64,000 bases of DNA. Origin: an uncultured delta proteobacterium. GTDB lineage: Bacteria; Desulfobacterota; Desulfomonilia; UBA1062. The translations under genes were made by a program, and so were the position numbers. The DNA is taken from NCBI GenBank assembly GCA_963752595.1, contig CAVVYZ010000017.1, forward strand, positions 213,432-277,431, read 5' to 3'. Positions 35,452-44,736 of this stretch are shown one piece after another (the stretch's first letter is position 1; each line of letters begins with the position of its first letter). The notes under the pieces are model-generated. The model ran no database searches. It saw only the letters and a list, made by a program, of their open reading frames with translations, and was not told the DNA's origin.

Positions 35452-35844
35452 TCAACCCTTAAGCGGTTTCGTGGCAAGGGATATACGTTCGTGGCCTGAC
35501 GAGCTCAGGATATCGAGCATGGAAATGACCCTGAAATAGGGGATGTCCTTGGAGGCAAGGATGATGATATCCTTGTCCACGGCCAACGCCCTGAGAGCCT
35601 TTTCCGTTGAGTTCCGGCCGTTGATGAGAATACCTGCCGAAGAAATAGCGACCGTTATTGCCTCCTTGGCGAGTGCCTCGCCTATGTTCGATTCAGGGAG
35701 GCTTACTTCAGTGATTTTGAGCGGAGAGCCTAAGGTGAGCAGAAAGAAGATCTGGATGAGAAACATGACGTCCACCAGCGGTGTGACATCAAATGCCGAG
35801 CTGTTTTTGTATTTTTTCTTCTTTCTGAACCTCATGGTTTTCAC
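35452..35844 (-). CDS. ExbD/TolR-family biopolymer transport protein
   Basis: 130 aa. The N-terminus is basic. A single TM segment has the family motif DVTPLVDVMFLIQIFFLL. Confidence 0.8.
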   Translation of the reverse strand: MKTMRFRKKKKYKNSSAFDVTPLVDVMFLIQIFFLLTLGSPLKITEVSLPESNIGEALAKEAITVAISSAGILINGRNSTEKALRALAVDKDIIILASKDIPYFRVISMLDILSSSGHERISLATKPLKG

Positions 35845-36448
35845 CTTTCAGGTATTCGAGGACCCTGGCCGAGGTCTTTTCCATCTCAAGGACCAGGAAA
35901 TCGCTGCGTGAAACGAGCAGCCGGTAGCATACATATACGGGTATGCCGATGGAAAGTCCTGCAACAGTGGTGATGAGGGCTTCGGAGATCCCGGCTGCGA
36001 GCAGTTGGCTGGAATTGGCACCCGTTGATGTGCTTACCGCTTGAAACGACGTGAGCATGCCCGTAACCGTGCCGAGGAATCCGAGCAAAGGGGCTATAGC
36101 TGCGATGATACCCAGAACATCGATATAGCGCTCGATGGCGTTTGCTTCCGTTGCCCCGGCTTCTTCCATGTAGTCCTTGAGGATCTCTCTGCGCATCCCT
36201 GCGTTCTTGACTGCAATCATGACCACAGGCGATATGGGAGAAGAGCTCCTCCTGATGAGCCTTTCAATATCGGAAAGTCTCCCCAGGCGGGCAAGGCGTT
36301 CTATCTCTTCGACAAGGGTTTTCGGGATGATTTTGTTCCTGCGCAGCGCCAGAGAGCGCTCAATAATGATGGCCAGTGCAATGATCGAGCATGCAAGAAG
36401 GGGCCACATTACGGGGCCGCCTTTGATAAAAAACTCCCAAAGCGTCAT
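35789..36448 (-). CDS. MotA/TolQ/ExbB-family proton channel protein
   Basis: The start was taken at ATG 36448 (MTLWEFFIKGGPVMWPLL). The C-terminal helices read LGFLGTVTGM...ALITTVAGLSIGIPV. It overlaps the ExbD-like gene. Confidence 0.8.
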   Translation of the reverse strand: MTLWEFFIKGGPVMWPLLACSIIALAIIIERSLALRRNKIIPKTLVEEIERLARLGRLSDIERLIRRSSSPISPVVMIAVKNAGMRREILKDYMEEAGATEANAIERYIDVLGIIAAIAPLLGFLGTVTGMLTSFQAVSTSTGANSSQLLAAGISEALITTVAGLSIGIPVYVCYRLLVSRSDFLVLEMEKTSARVLEYLKGENHEVQKEEKIQKQLGI

Positions 36449-36706
36449 AGTCCTCTGCTCCCCCTTTGGAATTTTCGTCACCCTTATCCCATAAAAAATG
36501 GCAAGAAGCAATGACCTGGACGCCTTACAGGTTCTATAAATATAGGTAATTGATTTTACATGGATAATTGAGTGAGGGTTTTTATCCGGCAGCATGGCAT
36601 AATGCTGTATCCTGTTCGTTCAAAGGAGGAAAATGGAGCAAAATATAAGGGCAGGGCATGATTATCGAAAAGATATCCTTGATAAATATTGTGTAAGATT
36701 GCTAAC

Positions 36707-37714
36707 ATGATGTTGATGGAAAATATGGAAAATAACGTTGAAAAACCAAAAAAACTGGTATGCGTGAGATTTCCCGCAATTCCAATGTCATACATATTCG
36801 ATGCCCGGGATCTGGAGCTGACCACCGGGGATATGGTCCTGGTGAATACGGAATCCGGACTCACTGTCGCCAAGGTACTCGGCATTCCCCCTGAAGAGGA
36901 CGCGGTAGGACTCGATGAGATCAAGCCTGTGGTAAGGAAGCTCACCGATAGCGATAAAGAGAAGCTCTCGGCCATCCGGGCCAAGGAGAAGGAATGCTTC
37001 GAGTTTTGTGCCGAGCGCATCCGAACCCGGGAACTGTCCATGAAGCTTACCCGAGTGGAGCAGATGTTCGACGGTACCAAGATCACCTTTTCCTTCGTTG
37101 CAGAAGGGCGGATTGATTTCAGGGATCTGCTCAAGGATCTGGTGGAAAAATTCCGGACGAGGATCGAGCTGCGCCAGATCGGGAGCCGGCAGGAGTCGGC
37201 CATGCTGGGCGGCATCGGGAGTTGCGGCAGGGAACTGTGCTGTGCGGTATATCTCACCGGATTCCAGCGGATATCGGTCAAGATGGCAAAGAACCAGAAT
37301 ATGACACTCAACCCCACCAAGATCTCGGGATTATGCGGCAAGCTCAAGTGTTGCCTTGCCTATGAGAAGGAGTCATACTCCAATCTTATCGATAACCTGC
37401 CGAAACCCGGGAAAAGGGTCTTCGTCGAACAGGGAGAGGCCTTTGTCGTAAGCATCAATATCATCAACCAGACGTTTGTCGCCAAGCTTACTGACCGCCG
37501 GTTCATTAAATGCAAGGTTTCCGATATACTGACCGAAGAAGAGTTCCGCCAGCTCGGCGATCAAAGACCCACAGACCTGAGCAGATTGAGAGACCCGCTC
37601 CTGGATATCCCCGTCAATGAGACGCCTCCAGCAGAGCGGGAGAAACAAAAAGGGAAGAGGAGAAGATCCTCCAGACAGAGAAATTCCAGGAAGAAAAGGA
37701 GCAAGCCCTCATGA
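36707..37714 (+). CDS. PSP1 domain protein (RicT/YaaT-like)
   Basis: The PSP1 core reads GTKITFSFVAEGRIDFRDLLKDLVEKFRTRIELRQIG...CGRELCC...CGKLKCCLAYE. The C-terminal tail is basic. The position next to metG is conserved in many bacteria. Confidence 0.8.
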   Translation: MMLMENMENNVEKPKKLVCVRFPAIPMSYIFDARDLELTTGDMVLVNTESGLTVAKVLGIPPEEDAVGLDEIKPVVRKLTDSDKEKLSAIRAKEKECFEFCAERIRTRELSMKLTRVEQMFDGTKITFSFVAEGRIDFRDLLKDLVEKFRTRIELRQIGSRQESAMLGGIGSCGRELCCAVYLTGFQRISVKMAKNQNMTLNPTKISGLCGKLKCCLAYEKESYSNLIDNLPKPGKRVFVEQGEAFVVSINIINQTFVAKLTDRRFIKCKVSDILTEEEFRQLGDQRPTDLSRLRDPLLDIPVNETPPAEREKQKGKRRRSSRQRNSRKKRSKPS

Positions 37715-39630
37715 GCGGGTATTTTTATATCACGACTCCCATTTATTACGTGAATGCAAAGCCGCACCTCGGCCATGTCTATACTACGGTGATCGCCGAT
37801 GTCATGACCAGATATCATAAGCTGATGGGAGAACAGGTTTTCTTCCTTACCGGCACCGACGAGCACGGCGATAAGATCGTGGAAACCGCAAAAAATCTTG
37901 ACACGACGGCTAAAAAGCTTGCCGACGAGAACAGCGCGCGGTTCAGAGACCTGTGGCCCGAGCTGCAGATTAACTACAGCCGCTTTATCCGGACCACCGA
38001 GCCGGATCACATCCGGACCGTCCAGGCCATCCTCCAGGATGTCTATGACAAGGGCGACATCTATTTCGGCGAATATGGCGGGCATTACTGCATCGGGTGC
38101 GAGCGGTTCTTCACGGAAACCGAGATGGTGGACGGGAAATGCCCGATCCATGACAAGGAGCTCGTGTACCGGCAGGAGCAGAACTATTTCTTCAAGATGG
38201 AGAAGTACCGGTCGTGGCTCATCGAGTATATCCACAACAATCCGGAATTCATCAGGCCGGAGAGGTATAAGAACGAGGTCCTGGGAATGCTCCGGGAGCC
38301 GCTGGACGATCTGTGCATCTCGAGGCCGAAGACGCGTCTTACCTGGGGGATCGAGCTGCCGTTCGACAATAACTACGTGTGCTACGTCTGGTTCGATGCC
38401 CTGATCAACTATCTCACAGGGATCGGGTATCCGGATGGCGGGCAGTTCAAGGAGTTCTGGAGGGCTGCACAGCATATCGTGGGCAAGGACATACTCAAGC
38501 CCCATGCCGTGTACTGGCCGACCATGCTCAAAGCGACAGGCATCGAGCCCTACCGGCATCTCAATGTCCATGGGTTCTGGAATGTGGATGCTGCCAAGAT
38601 GTCCAAGAGTCTCGGCAACGTCGTTGACCCGCTTGACCTCAAAGGGAAATACGGGGTCGATGCTTTCCGGTATTTCCTCATCCGGGAGATGGTCTTCGGG
38701 CTGGATTCGAATTTTTCCGAAGAGGCACTTATCGAGAGATATAACGCAGATCTGGCAAACGACCTCGGAAATCTGGTGAGCAGGAGTACGAGGATGGTCG
38801 CCAAGTATTTCGACGGCATCCTCCCGGACGGAAACGGCCCTCTCCAGGAAGATGACAGGGGATTGAGGGATCTGGCTGTGAAGGTCGTGGCCGATTACAA
38901 GGCAAGGATGGAGAGTTTCGAGCTTCACAACGCCATGGCAGCCGTGTGGTCGCTCATCTCCTCCATGAACAAGTACATCGACAAGACAGCCCCGTGGACG
39001 CTGGCAAAGACCGACACGGCACGTCTCGGGGTAGTCATGTACCATCTCATGGAAGGCTTGCGGTATGTGGCGGAGCTCGTATATCCGGTCATGCCCGATA
39101 CCTCGAAAAAGATATTGGGCATCCTCGGGATCGAAGGGGAATTCACGGCCCAGAACCTCGATCAATTCGGAAAGCTCCGGGCAGGAGTGAAGATCGGGCT
39201 TCAGGATGCCCTCTTCCCCAGGGTGGAACGCATGAAAAAGGAAGGCGAGGAGGCGGCACCCGAGGCGAAAGGGGAAAAAGAAAAACCGAAAGAAACGGAG
39301 AGCGGGAATCTCATCGAGATCTCCGATTTCGCCAGATGTTCCATAAAGGTCGGCAGGATCCTGGAGGCGAGCAGGGTTGAGAAGTCGGAAAAGCTCGTTG
39401 TCCTGAAGGTCGACGTAGGAAGGCAGGTGCAGATCGCTGCAGGTATCGCCAAGGCATATTCACCCGAGGAACTCGTGGGGAAATATGTTGCCGTGGTGAC
39501 CAATCTGAAGCCGGCAAAGCTCATGGGCATCGAGAGTCAGGGCATGCTCCTGGCTACGGATACCCCCGATGGAAGGCTGTCCCTCGTCACCTTTGACCGG
39601 GAGCCTGCAACAGGGGCAAGGGTTCGATAA
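37711..39630 (+). CDS. metG: Methionine-tRNA ligase with a C-terminal tRNA-binding domain
   Basis: 639 aa with the HIGH-type PHLGHVYT, KMSKS, and a C-terminal OB-fold segment KVGRILEASRVEKSEKL. Confidence 0.95.
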   Translation: MSGYFYITTPIYYVNAKPHLGHVYTTVIADVMTRYHKLMGEQVFFLTGTDEHGDKIVETAKNLDTTAKKLADENSARFRDLWPELQINYSRFIRTTEPDHIRTVQAILQDVYDKGDIYFGEYGGHYCIGCERFFTETEMVDGKCPIHDKELVYRQEQNYFFKMEKYRSWLIEYIHNNPEFIRPERYKNEVLGMLREPLDDLCISRPKTRLTWGIELPFDNNYVCYVWFDALINYLTGIGYPDGGQFKEFWRAAQHIVGKDILKPHAVYWPTMLKATGIEPYRHLNVHGFWNVDAAKMSKSLGNVVDPLDLKGKYGVDAFRYFLIREMVFGLDSNFSEEALIERYNADLANDLGNLVSRSTRMVAKYFDGILPDGNGPLQEDDRGLRDLAVKVVADYKARMESFELHNAMAAVWSLISSMNKYIDKTAPWTLAKTDTARLGVVMYHLMEGLRYVAELVYPVMPDTSKKILGILGIEGEFTAQNLDQFGKLRAGVKIGLQDALFPRVERMKKEGEEAAPEAKGEKEKPKETESGNLIEISDFARCSIKVGRILEASRVEKSEKLVVLKVDVGRQVQIAAGIAKAYSPEELVGKYVAVVTNLKPAKLMGIESQGMLLATDTPDGRLSLVTFDREPATGARVR

Positions 39631-39649
39631 AAGGAAGAGAGGAGTCACT

Positions 39650-40003
39650 ATGCAGAAGCTTCCGATTACCCAGGTAACACCCGGCATGGTCCTCGCGAAA
39701 CCTGTCATGAGCGACAAGGGAATGCCTTTGTGCGCGGAGGGTTCAGAGCTCACCGAGATGCTCATCGAACGTTTGAAGCAGATGAATATCCCGGTTCTCA
39801 CCGTCAAAGGGCATCCGGTGGATACCGGGGTGCCGGCTAAGACGATAGAAGAAAAGATCCAGGAGATGTCCGCCAGGTTTGCCCGGGTAGAGGGTGACCC
39901 CCTCATGGGCCGGATCAGGGATGCGATTGCTGATGCGATGAGTGCAGAGGCAAGCGAAATACAGGAACGGGAAGCAGAAGAGAATAAGGAGATCGGCGAA
40001 TGA
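39650..40003 (+). CDS. Small protein resembling the N-terminal DUF3391-type module of HD-GYP proteins
   Basis: ATG 39650 follows GGAAGAGAGGAG. The pattern LPITQVTPGMVLAKPVMSDKGMPLCAEGSELTEMLIERLKQMNI is the one I associate with the N-termini of HD-GYP regulators. The C-terminal tail is acidic. Its stop overlaps the HDOD start (ATGA). Confidence 0.45.
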   Translation: MQKLPITQVTPGMVLAKPVMSDKGMPLCAEGSELTEMLIERLKQMNIPVLTVKGHPVDTGVPAKTIEEKIQEMSARFARVEGDPLMGRIRDAIADAMSAEASEIQEREAEENKEIGE

Positions 40004-40830
40004 GCAAGGCCGAAAAGATCAAGGCTATTACAAAGCGGATACAGAGCCTGCCGACCTTGCCCCCGGTGGTGAGGAAACTGACCACCATGGTGGAAAGCCC
40101 TGATGTTACGGCAAAGGAAGTGGGAAAGCTCATCTCGTCCGATCAGGTCCTGAGTGCAAAGGTCCTCAAGCTCGTGAACTCGCCTTTCTACGGCTTCCCG
40201 GGAAGGATATCGTCCATAAGCCATGCGGTGGTCCTCCTGGGCTTCAATGTAATCAAAGGCGTTGTGCTCTCCGCCTCGGTGTTCGAGATCATGGAGAAGT
40301 CCATGGTAGGACTCTGGGAGCACTCGCTGGGCTCTGCGATCATTTCCGGCGCTATCAGCAGGGAACTCGGGTTGCACGAGCCCGAAGAGATATCCACGGC
40401 CGCCCTTCTCCACGACATCGGCAAGGTCCTCGTCCGTGTCTCCCTGAGTGCGGATTACGACCGGATAACCATGATCGTGGAAGAAAAAGGGTGCTCTTTC
40501 AGGGAGGCTGAAGTCGATGTGATCGGTGTCGACCATTCCGAGATCGGATTATGGCTTTCCCAGGAATGGGGATTGCCGGAGCGGCTTGTTATTCCAATTT
40601 CCTATCACCACGAGCCTGAGAGCGCTGTGAAGCTCAAAGAACGGGTTTCCGTGGTTCATATCGCCGACAGCCTGGTCCGAGCGTTCGGGGTGGGCTTTGG
40701 AGGAGACAAATGGGTGGGCAGGATATCCTCGACGGCATGGGAATATATAGGGATGCCCAGGCTCGATCTCCCGAAGCTCATGCGAAAGATCATCGTCGAC
40801 CTGGAAGAGGTTGAAAATTTCCAGTTGTAA
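40000..40830 (+). CDS. HDOD domain protein
   Basis: 276 aa with LPTLPPVVRKLTTMVESPD...KLISSDQVLSAKVLKLVNSPFYGF...LLHDIGK. Confidence 0.85.
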   Translation: MSKAEKIKAITKRIQSLPTLPPVVRKLTTMVESPDVTAKEVGKLISSDQVLSAKVLKLVNSPFYGFPGRISSISHAVVLLGFNVIKGVVLSASVFEIMEKSMVGLWEHSLGSAIISGAISRELGLHEPEEISTAALLHDIGKVLVRVSLSADYDRITMIVEEKGCSFREAEVDVIGVDHSEIGLWLSQEWGLPERLVIPISYHHEPESAVKLKERVSVVHIADSLVRAFGVGFGGDKWVGRISSTAWEYIGMPRLDLPKLMRKIIVDLEEVENFQL

Positions 40831-40844
40831 AGGGAGGAACATAC

Positions 40845-41768
40845 GTGAAAATGGTCGTAATCGTAAAAGAGAGACTTGACGACTATCTCTCATCCATCAT
40901 CTCTACGATCTTCGATTCGATACAGGTGATCCGGAGCGACGAAGACATTTCATCCCTCATCTACATGGATCCGCCGGATCTCATCCTCATAGACCGGACA
41001 TATCTCAAGGAGCACGACAGCAAGATTATCGAAGAGTTCAGGAGCAATACGATCTACGGGCATCTGCCAATGGTGGCTGTCTATACCAGGGATGATCTCT
41101 CTGAAGTATCGGCAGTCGACATACCCATCGACGACTTCATCATCCTCGACAATTCCGAGATCGAGATCAGGCGCAGGCTCGAGTTCGATACCAAGAGGGC
41201 GGTACGGGAGATGGACACCAACCCGCTCACGAGATTACCCGGGAACGAATCCATTATCCGCTGCATCCAGCAGATGTTCGATCAGGAAAAAGAAATCGCC
41301 ATGGCTTGGGTGGATCTCGACAATTTCAAGCCCTACAATGACCGGTACGGGTTCTCTGGCGGCGACGAAGTGCTCCTGGCAACGGCGCGCATCCTCGCCA
41401 ATGCCGTTAAGGAAATCAAGCAGGACGATACCTTTGTCGGCCATGTGGGAGGGGATGATTTCGTGTTCATATGTCCCGTCGGCAATGCGAGGCTTCTCTG
41501 CGAGGAGATCATCTCGCGCTTCGATATGGTGATCCGGAATTTTTACAATGACGAAGACCTGGAGCAGAACGGGATCATTTCGACATCAAGAAACGGTGAG
41601 ACCAGCAGATTTCCGATCATGACCGTGTCCATTGCGGTAGTCATGAACGATAAGAGCCACTACAAACACTACGGTGAAGCCTCCCGGGATGCCACGGACA
41701 TCAAGAAGTACGTCAAGGGACTCGACGGGAGCAACTACATGATCGACAGGAGGGGAAAACCGAGGTGA
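40845..41768 (+). CDS. GGDEF-domain protein with a degenerate receiver-like N-terminal domain and a GGDDF active-site variant
   Basis: 307 aa. The N-terminal domain is REC-like but lacks the acidic pair and the conserved Lys. The C-terminal domain has NPLTRLPGN...VDLDNFKPYNDRYGFSGGDEVL...GHVGGDDFVFICP. Confidence 0.8.
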   Translation: MKMVVIVKERLDDYLSSIISTIFDSIQVIRSDEDISSLIYMDPPDLILIDRTYLKEHDSKIIEEFRSNTIYGHLPMVAVYTRDDLSEVSAVDIPIDDFIILDNSEIEIRRRLEFDTKRAVREMDTNPLTRLPGNESIIRCIQQMFDQEKEIAMAWVDLDNFKPYNDRYGFSGGDEVLLATARILANAVKEIKQDDTFVGHVGGDDFVFICPVGNARLLCEEIISRFDMVIRNFYNDEDLEQNGIISTSRNGETSRFPIMTVSIAVVMNDKSHYKHYGEASRDATDIKKYVKGLDGSNYMIDRRGKPR

Positions 41769-43057
41769 TCAAACGGTATACAAGACAGACCATGGAGCGC
41801 ATCTGGTCCGATGAAAACCGGTACCGGAAGTGGCTCGATGTGGAGATGGCGGTGTGCGAGGCCTGGGCCTCGCTGGGGAAGATCCCAAAGGAAAGCCTCG
41901 ATACCATCAGGAGCAAGTCGAGGTTCACTGTGGAAAGGATCGAAGAGATCGAAGAAATCACCAAGCATGATGTGATCGCTTTTGTTTCTTGTGTGGCGGA
42001 ATATGTCGGTGATGATGCCAGGTTCATCCATATGGGCATGACCTCTTCCGATGTCCTGGATACCGCATTGGCGTTGCAGCTCAAAGAAAGCGGACACATC
42101 CTCCTCGATGATATCAAGGCTCTCATGGCGGCACTCAAGAAGAGGGCCTTCGAGTTCAAATATACCCCGGTCATGGGGAGATCACACGGCATCCATGCAG
42201 AGCCGACCACTTTCGGCCTGAAATTCGCCTTGTGGTATGCCGAGATGGAGAGAAACCTCAAGCGCATGGAAGATGCCGTCGAGGTGATCTCGTACGGCAA
42301 GATATCCGGTGCGGTGGGGACCTTTGCCAATATCCCTCCCGTTGTTGAGGAATATGCATGCAAAAGGCTCGGGTTGAAGCCCGCCCCGGTCAGTACCCAG
42401 ATTATCCAGAGGGACCGGCATGCCCAGTTTTTCACCACGATCGCCATCATCGGGTCGACCCTGGAAAAGATCGCCACCGAGATACGCCATCTCCAGAGGA
42501 CCGAGGTCCTAGAGGCCACGGAGCCCTTCGGTAAAGGACAGAAGGGATCATCCGCCATGCCCCACAAGAAGAATCCCATCCTCTCGGAGAATATTACGGG
42601 CCTGGCCAGACTGCTCAGGGGCTACTGCCTAACCGCCATGGAAAATGTGGCCCTGTGGCATGAGCGGGACATCAGCCATTCGAGTGCGGAGCGGGTCATC
42701 GGCCCGGATGCGACGATTGTGCTTGATTTTGCGCTTGCAAGGCTGACGAGGGTGATCGAGGGTCTGGTGGTATATCCGGAAAATATGCAGAAGAACATTG
42801 AAATGACCAGGGGACTCTGGCATTCCCAGGGAGTCCTGCTGGCCCTGGTGGATAAGGGCGTTGCCCGGGATACCGCCTACCAGTGGGTCCAGCGGAACGC
42901 TCTGCAGGTATGGGAAAACAAGGGAGACTTCAAGGATCTTTTGAAGAAGGACCGGGATATTACGGATGTGCTCGGCAACGAGGCCATTGAAAGCCTCTTC
43001 GATCTCTCCCACCATTTTCAGCATGTGGATAAAATATTCGAAAGGGTTTTTTCATGA
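41765..43057 (+). CDS. purB: Adenylosuccinate lyase
   Basis: 430 aa with the fumarate-lyase signature SSAMPHKKNP. The GTG start overlaps the stop of the preceding gene. Confidence 0.95.
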   Translation: MIKRYTRQTMERIWSDENRYRKWLDVEMAVCEAWASLGKIPKESLDTIRSKSRFTVERIEEIEEITKHDVIAFVSCVAEYVGDDARFIHMGMTSSDVLDTALALQLKESGHILLDDIKALMAALKKRAFEFKYTPVMGRSHGIHAEPTTFGLKFALWYAEMERNLKRMEDAVEVISYGKISGAVGTFANIPPVVEEYACKRLGLKPAPVSTQIIQRDRHAQFFTTIAIIGSTLEKIATEIRHLQRTEVLEATEPFGKGQKGSSAMPHKKNPILSENITGLARLLRGYCLTAMENVALWHERDISHSSAERVIGPDATIVLDFALARLTRVIEGLVVYPENMQKNIEMTRGLWHSQGVLLALVDKGVARDTAYQWVQRNALQVWENKGDFKDLLKKDRDITDVLGNEAIESLFDLSHHFQHVDKIFERVFS

Positions 43058-43587
43058 GTATGACCAGCGAATTACTGGATATTGTACGCCGCGACGCGGT
43101 AAAGTTCGGAAAATTTGTCCTTGCATCGGGGAAGGAATCGGACCTCTATATGGATTTGAGGAAGGTCACCCTGCAGCCGAAAGGCGCCTTTCTCATCGGG
43201 TCGATCATTCACGACATGATCAAGGACCGGTCGGTGGAAGCGATCGGCGGTCTTTCCCTGGGGGCTGATCCTATAGCGGTCGCCACGAGCCTAGTCGCAT
43301 ACCAGAAAGGACAGGAGATCGTCGCGTTTCTCGTAAGAAAGGAAAAGAAGGAACACGGCATGAAGAACGCGGTTGAAGGCCCGATACGGCCGGGGCAGAA
43401 GGCCGTAATCGTCGATGACGTGATAACGACGGGTTCGAGCACCATAACCGCAATCCAGCAGGCAGAGGCTGCAGGACTGAAAGTCGACCTGGTGATCGCG
43501 GTCATGGACAGGCTGGAAGGCGGTAGGGCTGCAATCGAAGCCCTCGGGCACGAGGTGCGCACCCTTCTGACGAGAAACGACCTCTGA
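43054..43587 (+). CDS. pyrE: Orotate phosphoribosyltransferase
   Basis: 177 aa with the PRPP-binding motif AVIVDDVITTGSS. It overlaps purB with ATGA. Confidence 0.9.
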   Translation: MSMTSELLDIVRRDAVKFGKFVLASGKESDLYMDLRKVTLQPKGAFLIGSIIHDMIKDRSVEAIGGLSLGADPIAVATSLVAYQKGQEIVAFLVRKEKKEHGMKNAVEGPIRPGQKAVIVDDVITTGSSTITAIQQAEAAGLKVDLVIAVMDRLEGGRAAIEALGHEVRTLLTRNDL

Positions 43588-43680
43588 CATGTCGGGTGAA
43601 AGGGCTTCGTGAAGAAAGAAATCTCCGCGTAAAACTCATACCCAAAGGCATATCTTGATATGATCAAGAGTTGGGAAACC

Positions 43681-44736
43681 ATGAATATATTGGCGATAGA
43701 AACGTCCTGCGACGAGACTGCGGCAGCAGTTGTAGATGATAACGGGAAAATCCTTTCGAACGTTGTTGCAAGCCAAATCAAGGATCATGCCGTCTTTGGC
43801 GGTGTCGTGCCGGAGATTGCATCGAGAAGACATACCGAGCTCATCGATCCGGTCGTGAAGGAAGCCCTCGATAAGGCAGGCATTTCTCTTAAGGAACTTG
43901 GCGCTTTGGCCGTGACGAAAGGCCCGGGACTCGTAGGAGCCCTTCTCGTGGGTATCTCCTATGCCAAGGCCCTTGCCTATGGATTGGGAATTCCGCTGTG
44001 CGGGGTCAACCATCTCGAAGGTCACTTAAGTGCAGCCAAGATAGATCATGAAGTCACCTACCCCCATATCGGGATGGTCGTTTCCGGAGGACATACCTCT
44101 CTCTATAAGATTACTTCGCCCGCACAGGTGGTCCAGATCGGCCAAACCCTCGACGATGCCGCAGGAGAGGCGTACGACAAGGTTGCAAAGCTCCTCTATC
44201 TCGGGTACCCGGGCGGTGTGGTTATCGAAAGGATCAGCAAAGGAGTCGATGCTGAAGAGATCGATTTCCCCAGGCCTCTCATGAATGGCGATACCTATGA
44301 TTTCAGTTTTTCAGGCCTCAAGACTGCCGTGCTGAATCGCGTGCTTAAGGAAGGGATCTTTGAGCGTATGGATCTGGCCTTTTCCGGCCTGCCCATAGAA
44401 AAAAAGATGGTTCCCGGCAAGGAAGGACTCATTCCGAAGATAGCCGCGGCATTCCAGGCCGCCGTTGTTGACGTTCTCACGGCGAAGGCATTCAAGGCAG
44501 CGATGGATAACCGCATGGATCTCCTGGTGGTGACGGGTGGAGTGGCGAGCAACGGGTTCCTTCGAGAGTCCTTGAGCAGGAAGTCCCAGGAGACAGGGAT
44601 AAAGCTCATTATCCCTGACAGGAAGTATTGTACGGATAACGCCGCCATGATCGGCATCGCCGGTATACGGCATATCAGGGAAGGCAAATTTGCGCCGCTT
44701 GATATGAACGCCGTATCACGATGGACCTGGGAATGA
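43681..44736 (+). CDS. tsaD: tRNA N6-adenosine threonylcarbamoyltransferase
   Basis: It has MNILAIETSCDETAAAVV, HLEGHL and GGVASN motifs. An alternative upstream start lies at 43660. Confidence 0.9.
   Translation: MNILAIETSCDETAAAVVDDNGKILSNVVASQIKDHAVFGGVVPEIASRRHTELIDPVVKEALDKAGISLKELGALAVTKGPGLVGALLVGISYAKALAYGLGIPLCGVNHLEGHLSAAKIDHEVTYPHIGMVVSGGHTSLYKITSPAQVVQIGQTLDDAAGEAYDKVAKLLYLGYPGGVVIERISKGVDAEEIDFPRPLMNGDTYDFSFSGLKTAVLNRVLKEGIFERMDLAFSGLPIEKKMVPGKEGLIPKIAAAFQAAVVDVLTAKAFKAAMDNRMDLLVVTGGVASNGFLRESLSRKSQETGIKLIIPDRKYCTDNAAMIGIAGIRHIREGKFAPLDMNAVSRWTWE

Noticed and set aside
36595-36609. Sigma-54-like motif TGGCAT-N5-TGTA upstream of the PSP1 gene
   Set aside because: The -12 element lacks the conserved GC. 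The motif is part of a short palindrome (CAGCAT...ATGCTG).
37561-39165. 534-aa ORF on the minus strand, antisense to metG
   Set aside because: It lies entirely inside the well-supported metG gene. The translation is compositionally odd and carries no recognisable motif. It is a typical shadow ORF produced by codon bias on the coding strand.
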